Shown: in pieces, positions 23,700 through 36,245 of the stretch | Numbering within the stretch: position 1 is the first letter of the stretch | How the letters are laid out: each line of letters starts with the position of its first letter | Assembly: GCA_012026655.1 (NCBI GenBank) | Contig: JAAILG010001358.1 | Location: 1 to 64,000, forward strand | From: Hydrolagus affinis | Taxonomy: Eukaryota | DNA: 64,000 nt | Direction: 5' to 3' | Notes under the pieces: model-generated | The model's database searches: none | Told to the model about the DNA's origin: nothing | Seen by the model: the letters and a program-made list of their open reading frames with translations, nothing else | Made by a program: the position numbers and the translations under genes

Positions 23700-24837
23700 A
23701 CATATTTAGATCTGAGTAAGGGTCATGGACCATGCATCAGTCACTGGAGAGAAGTGCATTTTATTTAGCAGAAAGCAATTGTACAAAAGATCATTACTGA
23801 GCCACAAGTGATACTGGCATTGAAATTTTGGCAACATAGAATTACAGTACTGTACTGTATTTCATTCTTATGATTTGAAAATTCATTATGTCTTGCAATA
23901 TCTAGTACATGTTGTACCAGTTCATCCGCAGTGACTGCCTAACATTTGATATTAAGTTCTAATCTATTCCAAGCATTGCATTGATATCCAGTACATTAAT
24001 TTTATTCATTCATGTAATACACATGTTATTGGATGTAATATTTAACTAAAATCTCATACATAACTCAGTCAGATCTGCTGTTGAGTAAATAAAATATGAA
24101 TCGGCCAGATCTGGCTAGTCTGCCACCTTAGTGGGTGGTATTTTGGAGGTGAGGTTCTGTTCTTTCACTGATCTGAATGTACTAGTTGCCTCCTCTTTAT
24201 TGGATGTAGTGCCAGTGTTACCTTGCTGGTAACTATAGTGATTGGCATTGGTATTCAAGTACATAAGCCCCAAAGTGCTTTTTTTCTCAAAGATTGTACC
24301 TTTTGAAAACTTGAGAACACAATAACGCAACAAGAATTGTATGTCAGAAAATGAAAGGTGGCGCACATTTAATTTAAATTTCTGTTTTACACACCCGTAA
24401 ACCTCCCAATTGGACAAGTGACTGAAGGAGCAATGTGCAGCAATATTAAAGGAGAAAAATCTGCTGCAGAATACACATATTGTGAACTGATCTTAAGCAC
24501 TTATAGCTTTCATTTGAGTTTTGAATGGACCCTGCAAAGTAATATGTGTCATTCTATCTATAATGTGTCCCATAATATGTGGACTTGCCGTGCAAGTTCT
24601 TGTATGTTGACATTACTCTATTTTACCTTGCACTATATATTCAATTTGATCTATGTGATTTTTAAATAAGAAAAGCATTTGTTATTTTCTGCTCTCATGG
24701 ATATTTCTGTGATAGTTATTCTGCTCTGCATACTCCATGTAGTGCATTGTATTGCATTAGGCTGGTTGTTATTCCTGTCAATTCAGCAGGTTTGTTTGTC
24801 ACTGTTGGCTGAAAAGAGTAAGGGTTGAAAAATATGG

Positions 24838-25080
24838 AACAACAACAAAATTACATTTATAGAGTGCCTTTCACATCAGGAGGACGTCCCAAGGCGCTGA
24901 ACAGTCAGGTCGGGAACCGAGCAAAGGAGAGGGGTAAGGGGGAGGGAAGGAAGAGAGTTGGGAGGGCAGCAGAAGGCATGATTGAAGAGGAGGGTCATTG
25001 ATACCGGCCTTGGGGGAGGCAAGGGAGGGAGCGAGGCAAAGGATCTGTGGGATGGAGTTCCAGATTGTAGGGGCAGAGAA
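24838..25080 (-). mobile_element. L2 LINE 3' end fragment
   Basis: Same family as 68-330. Confidence 0.85.
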
Positions 25081-27469
25081 AGCATCCCCATTATTGCTTT
25101 ATAGCTACTAAATAAATGTATACTCCTGAGAAACACTGCACATTATAACTATGTTGAATTGTAACTGATAGATACAATTCCTTCATATACCTCCTTGTAA
25201 CCATTGGCTACAGGTTGTAACATGTTGGTCATAATTAAACTGGATTTACTGTTTACAATGGCTTTTGTTTTATTGTATTTTGCATCTGCAGCAGGGATTA
25301 ACCCTGGTGATAATAGTTGGCTGGACAGTAGTGTTGGGGCTCCTCAGAGTTGTGTGATCAAGCTTGTGTAAGTGGTTTGAACATTCAGTGTTGCTTCATT
25401 ATATCTTCTAATATGTATATCTGTCAGATAATGAACATATATTAAATATCTTAAAATCTGATATGAATCAGTAGCACGATCTTCCTCAAACTTAAAACAT
25501 ACAAAAAAACACATTTTTTTCCTACTGCAGAATGTTAGTTATTTTGCAATGAATAGTATTTATTTTTGTATTACAACTGCTACCATGTTTTTTAGCCTAA
25601 AATTTGTTTGCACTATTTTTGCCTGTTAATTTTCTTAGTTTTTGAATTGATGCCCCTAATGATATTGTTTTGAATGCTGAACTGATGTGAATAATTTGGT
25701 TTATTTTAATACTGTACTATTAAAATCGTATCCGTTCCTCAATTGTTAAATCTTTCTGTGGCTCATAGTTCTATATTTTAATAAAAAAATAACATGCATC
25801 AATGTAACTAAATTGGTTGCAGACTGATGCATTGTGGAAGAGAATAGTGAGACTTGCCGCAGCTCATGGGAAGGCCCACATCTTCCTGCCATGGCCTCTT
25901 GCTGTGAACACAGCTTAAGCATCCAGACTGAGAAAGCATTGTTTGGCTCATTCAGCCTGAATGCTGAACTGGTGCCCAATGCCCACAGCACACTGGACAC
26001 TTCAATAGCGCATTTAACAAAAAAAAGCTTGTCATTAGCAAGTCATTACATTTAATACCTAATTAATTTTATACACAAGTCTAATATTACCAAACTTTAT
26101 CCATCTCAATTACATGCACACACACATAAACACACATGGTCGAACAGTTCGGTGTCTCTTTAGGCGGGTCTGAAACAGCTAACTCTGTCGAATGAATAAA
26201 TTGCCAATTATAATTCACCTTTTATAGTTAGCATGTGATTGATTGGTGGCAACCGCTTAGTTCTGCAGGGAAAGTTACTAGAAAGAAAAAAAAGAAAAGC
26301 TGGATATACCTTGAACGGCTTGTCTTGCATGAATTCCAAGAAGGAAATGATGCCACATGATTTTCTGAGCCCCATATCATCACCTGTGTTGGTATATTAA
26401 ATAACATAAATTCATTTGAAGTTATAATTCCTACTGCATCATTGCCTTTACCTTCGCAGGCACATATTTTTGCTCCACGGCTGCCTTGTACCACTTCTTA
26501 ACCAAAAACGGCTTAATTATTAAATTTCTAATTGCATGCCATGAAATATATAAAAATGGAATGTATTCTTCAACTGAGGTTTTAGAAAAGTTAGTTGTTC
26601 TTTGTTGGGAAGAATATACAAATTAGATCCTGTTATTTCTCTCTCTTTCTGTTTGCCTAGCCTAGATCCCTACTCTGAGGTGTTTCAGTAGTGTCCACTC
26701 AATCCGATATTGTCATTAGGTTCCCCTTTAAGTACCTCTAAGCTACAGTTGCCCTTATTTAAATTTCTCCCATTTTCCTGCCACTCCTTTCCAAGCTGAG
26801 AGATCCTATAGTCTCCGAATGACTCTCTGAATATCAACAGCTGCTGTGAATTGTTTGGAATTGCAATGTATATTCTTCTCTTCATATTTCACCTTCATTT
26901 TAATATTATTTTAATGTACTCTTATGTATCAGTCTATTCCACAGCTGCTTTTTTCATGCAGCACCTCTGTGACGAGACATACAATGTATATGACTACAGT
27001 TAAAACTGTAGCCATGAATTAAAATAACTTTCAATAAAGAAACTTTATGCTTTAAAAATACAGTGTACCTTTGCTTGCATTCACGATATAATGTGAACTA
27101 TAGAAGGTTTTGTTCAACATTTGAAAATAATTTTATGTTAATTGGAATCAAAATCCATAATTGAGCAGCAGTGAAAGTGAATGAAACTTTACCTAGATTA
27201 GAGTTAACAGCAGGAAGTCTGCAAATTGTGTTAGTAAGTGGCTTGATTTTATAATGTGGAGCTGCAGGATAGAGAACTAACTTTGCACAATGGCTTTCTT
27301 TCGTGCTGCATTTCTGATTTCTGTGATGGACAGATGCGCATTTTTACAGTGCTGTGTCATATTTTAAAGCATTTAACAGATAATTACCATCAAGTGTAGT
27401 GACTTTTTTTTAGACAAATGCATGGGCCATTTATAAGGCCCCATAAACAGCCTTGAAGTGATTCAATTT

Positions 27470-27600
27470 TTTGCCGTGGGATCTTTGACATCCACCTGCA
27501 CAGGGCAGCTGCCTCGTCCATAAAATGGCACCTCCAGCAATGAAGCTCAGCTCCAATACTGCACTGCAGCATTAGTGTATGAGCTCAAGGCTCTATGCTC
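27470..27600 (-). mobile_element. Old SacSINE1/AmnSINE1-like relic
   Basis: gggatctttgacatccacctg...atggcacctccagcaat...atactgcactg...gctcaag is the reverse complement of the body seen at 8420-8770; a similar relic lies at ~440-570. Confidence 0.55.
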
Positions 27601-29395
27601 CTCAGTCTGGGAACAACAGCAAAATTACATTTGTACAGCAGCTTCCTATTCATGCACAGGATAGTATCTTCAGCCAGCAGGGCCATGGGATTCAATGCAA
27701 ATGTTTTTATTGTTTTCCGAACTAACTTCATGGAAAGCATGTACAGTACAGTGGCAGCATATGTAGGCATATGTACTACTATATAAATAGCTCAAAGGGT
27801 TTTGTCAGCTGCTCTTAGTGGGAATAGTCTAAATGACTCGATCACCCTGAGGGTAACGCCAGCATCATGCAAAGAGCTCCAGAAATTGTGCTCCTGCTTC
27901 GAAAATGTGGATAAAATCAAGAGACTAAATTATCACGATTGCGCTTTGTAAATGGGTTAGCTCAACTCCCAGGATTGAGCATATGGTGACTGTTGGAGCC
28001 AGCGAAACACCTACAGCAATTGGTTGCAGACTGAACCCAACTCGTAATGATGACTGCAGCCCAGCTTTTCCCAAAGAGGGTTATTTGTCACTACGTAATT
28101 AATCCATCACCAGTCACACGAACGAGGTTGGACCTGCAGTTATTAAACTCCAACACCACTTCAGATTAGGGGGAAAACTGCCTATGATTTTAAATAGTGA
28201 GAACCACACCAATCTACTATAGCATTTCATTTTTGAAACAAGATGCAAAATATAGGATGGCTTAGCAATGCATTAATCTGACTGAGGAGCCAGCCAGTGG
28301 TGAGGCTTTTGAATTTCTACCCTATTACAGTAGATTGATCGCAGGAGATTTAGCATACAGAAGACAAAATTGTATATCATTATGTCAAACAGCTGCTTAT
28401 GTGTAGTGGCTACCAAAATTCCATACACCCAGTAGCTTGGTCTATTGCAAAGTGGCTTTTAGAAATGTAGGGGAACAGAAGGATTCAGCCCATTGAGCCT
28501 GATCCACCAGTTTATGGTATCTTTCCCACAAAACACACAGTCACTTCACTTTACAGTAATTCTTATGAAGTGCTTTGAGATGTCTCAATGACATGATAAG
28601 GTGCTGTATCAAATGTCAGGATTATTATTATCTTGCCTTATCTATTCTGAATCCTTTTGCCATAACCCTTTAATACCTCTACTTCCCAATTATCTGTATC
28701 TATTAAATATCAAACATAAATATTTCTGCAAAATAAATAAAGCATAAGATTAATTTACTGTGGAGCCAAATTCTTAAATACACATGCAGTTTAAAATATA
28801 AACTTTTTCACTTTATTTAGGGGATCTGGAGGCAGGAATAGGTGATACTAAATTAGCTGCCTAAAACACATACTTAAACACATAAATTTTGGAATGTTGC
28901 AAATAACACACACAAAAACATATTCAACTATCTCCACACAGCTTTGGCGGCAATTTATCATGTTGTGTATCTACATTTGATCCACTCTATGTCTTCTGAA
29001 TGATGATATAGTTATTCAATCCTATTGTTAAAACCAGTTGCTTATAAATTGTGTCATGGTAGTATATCTAGCTTCCAGTTGTAAATGTACAAAGGAACAA
29101 CCTTTCTTATACACTCAATCTTTTGAATAGAAAATTGTTTTCTGTTCCTTCAGGGTACATTGCAGGTATTTTGCTGGCAATACTCCAGTTCTGATAAAGA
29201 TTTGTTGGAAGAAACATTTGGGTAATGGAACTGCCTTGGAGACGAGTATGTTGATTGCTGTCTGTAAAGGTTTTGCACAAAGCTAAGAGCTGAAGGTCTG
29301 TCAATTTGTGTTCGCAGAATGATTCACCTTTGTGTACTTAGCACCATTATCCTCTTTAGAAGACTTGAGAACCTCTGCACAGCAGAGCTTTAAAT

Positions 29396-29883
29396 AAACT
29401 ATTTTTCTTCTAACAGCAATGTAAACATGCCACATACATTTAAGATCGCGATCAAGGCAATCGATTAATGTTCACTTTTCCAAGTGTTGATTCTGCGTGC
29501 TACATGCGTGTACATGCGTGTACATGTGCTTCATTCTAAATCTTTCTCTGTTATGTCTGGCTATGTATTTGTGTGTGTGTATTTTGCTTACATAATATAT
29601 ATATATAATATATATATATCTATATATATGTACACACACAGCTTGTGTGTGTATTTAAGGCATCTCTTCCATTAAAGCTGCTCATAAATATTATGTATTA
29701 TCTATTATACCATAATCTTTGTGTGAGTTTTTGTGAATAAAGGAATAATAGATGTGCACATGAGCAGTAGAAAAACAGCCACCAGAAAAAAAGATCTTAA
29801 CTGTTTTTCTTCTAACAGCAATGTAAACATGCCGAATACATTTAAGATCGATGATCGAGGCAATCAATTAATGTTCTCTTTTC
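29396..29883. repeat. ~85-bp direct repeat pair flanking a TA/TG microsatellite region
   Basis: Copies at 29396-29480 and 29798-29883; (TA)n at ~29595-29630; a 10-bp tandem tacatgcgtg at 29501-29528. Confidence 0.9.
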
Positions 29884-30334
29884 TATATGTCTTACTGTAT
29901 GTTTTGATGAGAGAATATCAGCATGTTATCCTACAATCTTGGACTGAACACGAATAGTATGTATTCGTATGTATCTAATTGGAGATGATATTTGAGATTT
30001 TATACACACAGCTACAGACCGAGAGGATCACGTACCACAAAGGTCATGATGGTTCCTGTACTATTGAGACCAAGTAGGGAAAGGGGTCATTGCCTGTGGA
30101 GGGTTTCAGGCAGGGATCGAATGGTGGAGGAGTGAGGTGATCAAATATTTCTGAATTTCACAGCTCCATTTAATGCTCAGGAAGTATTGGGTAGAAGTTT
30201 TCCCTGAAAGTATGAGGGAGCCTATAATCTGGTCAATTGTACAGGGTCTGTGTAAATAGGAATTATTCATTCTCTTTTGGGGAAAACTCTTGAATTTTTG
30301 TATCTGGTCATTTGATTGAAGTTATTGGTGAAAT

Positions 30335-30510
30335 GAATTGATCATTTCAATCCATGACTGTTTGTGGGACACTACTGTGCACAATTGGATGCCACGTTCA
30401 CCCACATATACACAGTCAACTCACTTTATGGTATATTCTGTGAAGAAGCGCTTCGAGACGTCTAGAAGATGTAAAAAATCGCTATATCAAATACAAGGAT
30501 TATTATTATA
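30335..30510 (+). mobile_element. Deu-type SINE 3' half
   Basis: Deu core and gctatatcaaatacaagg(ATT)n tail. Confidence 0.85.
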
Positions 30511-31027
30511 ATATCTGAAAAAGGGGAAACATTTTATTCAGAAGCAATACTTCTGAATAAATACTAATAATCCTTGCATAGTCATTGAGCCATCTCAAAG
30601 CACTTCACAGTTGGACATAGTTTTGGATTGAGGGACCAAATTATGATTATTTATTTCATAAATAATGTAAGATTTCCTAAGAATCTGAGATGAGACCAAG
30701 AATGAGATTGGACCATCCAGCAAATCCTTTAGAGAAAGGAATTTAATTATTGAAGTGCCAGAGAACAGAGTAACTACAGTACTTAGATGAGTCTGGATGA
30801 GTCTGGATGAAACTGGATGAGTCGTCAATGACTTGGGAAATTTGTTTATAGGAAATGTATGATCATGGACACTTTGAAAGTCTACTAGTTTTTTCTTAAA
30901 TGTTCAAAAGTAAAGTCCAAATTGCATTGTAAACATACTGATCTTATTGAACTATTATATGTCCTGGAAATACTGTTTTAAGATTGGTAACTGACTGAGC
31001 CTTTTCCGGTAAGTAAAAGATAAGTAC

Positions 31028-31095
31028 TAATCCAATTCAACATTACAATGAAGTATTGGTAACTTAATACTTCATTGTAATGTTGAATTGGATTA
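31028..31095. repeat. Perfect 30-bp inverted repeat with 8-nt loop
   Basis: taatccaattcaacattacaatgaagtatt-ggtaactt-aatacttcattgtaatgttgaattggatta. Confidence 0.95.
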
Positions 31096-31570
31096 ATAGT
31101 CAGTAGTATTCTGACAATGGATGATTTGCCCAGATAATTGTATACCAGTGCATTAGAAATGTATTCCTACAGTTTTAACAGTAACACTAATGTATTTAGC
31201 AGTGTTTATCATAATAGTAGCTAACTAAGGCTAATACACTTGTATTTTAACCTTAAGATACATTTATGCAACATGAAAGTTTAGTATAATAAGTGCAAAG
31301 ATAACATTTTAGGGGAATACAAAATATGTGCAGTGACACCTTATTGAAACAGTGAGTACATCACACTCAATGTACTGTCTGGTTAAAGTATTGAAAGTGG
31401 AAAAAACATTTATTTGCAATGTAAGCAAGTGATCGCTTCATAATAACACAATATGGATGGTTGAACTAGATTGCTTCATAATTGTTTACTGCAATCCATC
31501 ATACATTTAGCTTTTAATAGATATCTAGAATTTTATGTGTTTGTGATAAATCATTGTACAGTATTAATGT

Positions 31571-31843
31571 GGAGCTCTGTAGCTCAGTGGTTAGAGCACT
31601 TGCCTTGCAAGCAAGAGACCTGGGTTCAATTCCAAGCAGGGCGAAATCTTGCGTAAATTTCCTTACTCTACACGCCTGATAATAATCCCTCAAAAAAAAA
31701 TTGGTCATCTCAATCCACGATTGTTTGTGCTGTGCGTAATTGGCTGCTGTGTTTTGCCCACAAAATATATAGTGAATTCTGTGAAGCACTTTGAGACGTC
31801 TGAAAGACATGAAAAACGCTACATCAAATGCAAGGATCATTAT
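31571..31843 (+). mobile_element. Deu-type SINE, short form, near full length
   Basis: tRNA head with A box (tagctcagtgg) and B box (ggttcaattcc), Deu core, L2-type tail. Confidence 0.9.
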
Positions 31844-34800
31844 GTCTGAGATTAAACAAACTGTGCAGACTGATCATTCAACGTACCCATTACATTTACC
31901 CATGCTTCTAATCAGAAAACACAAAAGCACACTGCAACACGCTTTTAATATAACACTGTGTTCTCTCTCATGCAATGGGGAAGAAACTCAATCGTATTTT
32001 AGCATTGAGCTCAAAAGTTCTCTTGTCAATATCATTTTTGTTTGCATCTGACTCTGTAGCAGTGCCTGTGCCAGGTATGAATGATCGCTTTGAATATATA
32101 CCAAGAATGGATTAGAAACCACACAAGTTTGTGAAGATAAATTGTAACAACACTGGCTTTTTCTTTGATGGAGCGATTAGTCTGTTTCACCTGACACATC
32201 AAGCAGTTCAATTTAACCAACCTGCCTTTCTGCCCCAGGGATTAGACTCCAAAGGTAGGCATTGATGTTATACTTGGTCCTATGATCAGTTCTTTCAATC
32301 AATAACATGATTCAGTGCCCAGGGACTTCTGTGGCCAATAGCACAGTTCAGTAATGTAAAAAATATGTTGCTCTATTATAGAAAGGCTGCTACAAGCTTT
32401 TTAAGAGCAAACTAGGTATCAAGAACTGATTTGAAATGTGCTTTTAAAATTGATTATAACAGAAAAAAGAAGGCAGGACACGCATAGATTGTACAACACT
32501 ATGGGATGCAGTAAAATAAGGCTGTCAGAAGATAGAACAAAACCTGGAGTGTCTGAGTAAATTGCTTTTGATGTTACCAGTTTTAATTGGTACATTTCCT
32601 GCTCATAATTATAATGCTGCAAATCCTTTGAGACCTATGAAAGCAAGACGGTAACTGCTGCAAATAGATATGATATATAGATATGATATGATATACCACC
32701 CTATGGATCAAAGTCTAATTATGCTTGCTAAAGTTTGAGCATAGTTTTAGATGGCTATTGTCACTCTGTTAGAATGCACTGCTTCCTTCCTGGTTAGTAG
32801 TTGTTTTTAGATTACGGGGTAGAGGGGACGCATCAGGCTCACCATCCAACAAGGCAATGTATCTATTTCAGAAAGGTAAACATGTAAGTGATTAGCAGAA
32901 CCAAAAATTACTTTTATTTAACAGAAGTAGGTGGCAACATATCTTGAGATCTGTTTGCATGCTTATCAAACTGCATGGTTGCACACTGCCATTGAATTAT
33001 ATCTATTACACATTTCACTTCAAAACTCCTATTTACCTGCTCTCAAAATACAAGAGATACTGAACAAAATGCTGAATGCATCAAGCCTACAGTGCTGTGG
33101 GTATCTGAATGCATCTGTGGCCCCTCTCACTCATCAGTGTAATTGTTGTAATGTTATTCCATTTTTTTATTATCCCAGGCCTTACCTCGAAGCTTTTTCC
33201 AGACAAGCATTCTTATCCCTGTTGCCATGGGAAATGAATTGGCAGCGAGGAGAAAAGCTCTGTTGTCTATCATTGTCCTGTTGTGGTTTAGGTAATGCAG
33301 GAGGCATCACTTCTGAAGTGCTTGGGCTTTCTCCCCTCAGAATCATTTCATAGTATTGACAATCTAGTACAAAAGAAGCCAACAGGCTACAGCCAGAGGA
33401 ATAACCAGCTTGTTCTCAGAAGAAAGTAACAGTATTATGTATATGGAAAATAGTGCTAATGATGAAGCATGCAATCATTATTAAAAAAAAACTTCTCTGC
33501 TTTCAGGAGTGCACTGTTTTATTTTAAATAGAGCACTTGGAATGTCACCAGCATTGCTTATCTTGGATGGGGACGTTTTCCCTCAAACATTAGTACTAAT
33601 TTTCCAATTTAATTTAAATGTAATTTAGATTCAAATAAAATAACAAAATATAATGTTCGGGTAACTTAAGGCTAAGTGAGCCCTTGTCGCTTTCTTCACT
33701 GTGAATTCAAGAATATAATGTGTAAGCATCAAATAGCCTTGGGTGTGACCAGACTTTTACTCAGCAATGTACTGTACACCCATCACTGTGTAATCCTGCA
33801 CAATTACTACACATGTATGAAATATGGTTTAATTACTTAAATAGCTTGTTCAGTCAATTATCTATTGGCTTTATTTCAGATTCAGGGAAATCATTTGTTT
33901 TTACACCCTGGTTAATATTTCTATAGTTAAGAAAGCTTTTTTGGCAGGGGTTCTCCAGACTTCAGACAATTTTCCCATACTTTCACCTGGAAAGTGTGTG
34001 AAACTGTTGTCAGCAATTAATTGTGGCAACATGTGATATACATTGGAGATGGCAGAGCACAGATAAATAAGGCAGGTTGGATGGGATTGTGAATGAAGAC
34101 GTAGATCTGTCATTATGACATGAAAAGCGCTATATCAAATGCAAATATTATTATTATTTTGAAGCTGTAATGAGTGGGCAGACGGAAGTTGTAGGCAAAA
34201 GAGTTTGGGGGTTATGTTGCTGTGTGTAATGACTAGAATTCCATTCCTCGTTTACTCCATGAACGTTAGGATCCACTTCACTTTGAAGGCATTAAACTCG
34301 TCTTTTACACAAGCTGTTTCACTGGTTAATCAGTTTGGTTTTCCAGCTCCAGTGTAGCCTGGTGTATTTAAAGGAATCAACCAGATGATGAACATTTATG
34401 CACAGTAGTAGCTTGCATTACTAAAAAGAATAGCAGAGATCAAAGAAATATTGTGCAAAAATGATTATTAACTAACAGCCAGCCCATGCAAGTCTACATT
34501 TTAAGAAATTACAATTTTTGAATTGAATCCAGTAATTATCTCTGTTTCATATTCCAGTTTGAAGATTATAATTAAAAGTGTGCCCTTTGCAAACCGGATT
34601 CAAGTCACTCATTGTGAAGTGTCAACATTGGATCGAGGGGTTCACCAAAATGGCAAATTGGAAACTTGCAAAGATTGACAACTTATAAAGATACCCCAGG
34701 TGGGAAATGGCTACCAATTTGCCCATTGACTTTTTCTCAGTCCCTGACAGATTGTGCTTTTTTTTTTGCCAATCTTGTGTGAATTTTGCACCAATTGGCG

Positions 34801-35869
34801 ATTCTAATAACCCATTTGAATCTGATTTGTAAATTTAAACCCCATAATTTGCTGACAGGCAAATAACTAAATAAAAGTGCAACACACTCTTCACCCTTAA
34901 TATATCAATAGCCTATTGTTAAATTAAAACAAAAACAAGATGACGTGTCAAAGCTGTGCTGAATATCTTCCTGCTGAGATGCCATAATTGTTAGCTCTCA
35001 AAAAATAGGTTACTTTGTTTTTAAGTGAAGGTAGACTGATTGATCTGTCCATTTTCAGATCTTGCAGAAACCTGCCACAAGCTAGTTTAAACTTCGGCTC
35101 TTTCTCTGCATTGATCTATGTAGCACCTATGTAGCTGAATACATGAGAAGCTTTCCCTGATGAGGCCACAAACCTTTCTCTCAAACTTACCTCTGCCACA
35201 AGTAATTCAGCAATTCCCTGTCCACGTACATGGTTCAGACTTGGGGTAGCATTCTTAAAATGGCATTAATATTACTTAATATTTGTCTGTTTTCATCCAC
35301 CTGAAAGATTTTAACAGTCGTTAATGTCACCCGTGAGAATTTTGTTAAATCTTCTTCATTATTAATGATTTAAACACTTGACTGGAGAGGAAAATTATTG
35401 CTGTATTAAGAGACTGAAAAGTTAAGGAACAGTCATTAGAATAAAGTTGTGGTCAAAAATTACTGCTTTCAAATGAAGTGAATGACAACAATAAGGGGTC
35501 ACGGCTCAGTTTCATTATCCAGCGCTGATTGATTCTGAAGGGTTTTCTAGGAAAATTCACAGAAAAATATTCTGCAGCTTCTTGTCGTTCCTTCTGATGA
35601 AGTGCTCAAAAAGAATGATGATGTCCATCTCCTGGTAGTGAAGCAGCACAAGGCAAGATCCATAAATATAATGCGTGTCACACCCGCTTTTGGATTGCTT
35701 TTTGAGCAATAAAACAAATTGCATCTCATAGACCGATTACAAAAAGATCACTATACCATGGATGATTTTTTTTTAAACCCCAGAAAATACACAAAGTATC
35801 CTTGTCCTGGTCTGCGATGCTTTAATCTGTTGTTCTAGCCACCAATCCCCCATTTGTTTCATGATTGTT

Positions 35870-36245
35870 TAATAATCCTTGCATTTGATATAGCACTTTT
35901 CATGTCTTTTAGATGTCTCAAAGCGCTTCACAGAATACACTGTAAAGTGAATTAATTATATATTTGTCACCGAAACGCAGCAGCCAATTGTGCAAAGCAG
36001 TGTCCCACAAACAGTCATGGATTGAAATCACCAATTTTTTTTGAGGGATTATTATTGGGAGCGTGGAGTAAGGAAACTTGCCCAAGGTTTCTCCCTGCCT
36101 GGAACTGAATCCAGGTCTCTCGCTGTTTGCCCACAGATACAGTCAATCACCTTCACAATAAAATCCTGTGAAGTGTTTGGACGTTTTTCCCCCACCCCCA
36201 CCCCCAACTTGAAAGGGACTATAACAAATGCAAGAGTTATTAGTA
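35870..36245. mobile_element. Two Deu-type SINE pieces in divergent orientation (minus 35870-36122, plus ~36123-36245)
   Basis: The reverse copy stops within the tRNA head and abuts a forward 3' half with its own tail. Confidence 0.75.

Noticed and set aside
29419-29431. tgtaaacatgcc resembling the miR-30 5' end
   Set aside because: Diverges after 9 nt and has no hairpin partner
13263-30070. Shared 15-mer ctgtactattgagac at 13263 and 30056
   Set aside because: No flanking similarity; exact 15-mer pairs are expected by chance in 64 kb
30786-30823. 10-bp tandem gatgagtctg x~4
   Set aside because: Ordinary minisatellite with no spacers, so not CRISPR-like; the DNA is eukaryotic
31571-31645. 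tRNA-like sequence (also at 5205, 38770, 43400, 46245, 54104)
   Set aside because: These are SINE heads continuous with the Deu core and tail, not stand-alone tRNA genes
34600-34850. Possible old palindromic DNA-transposon relic (also ~22310-22500, ~47910-48120)
   Set aside because: Too decayed to define termini or family by eye
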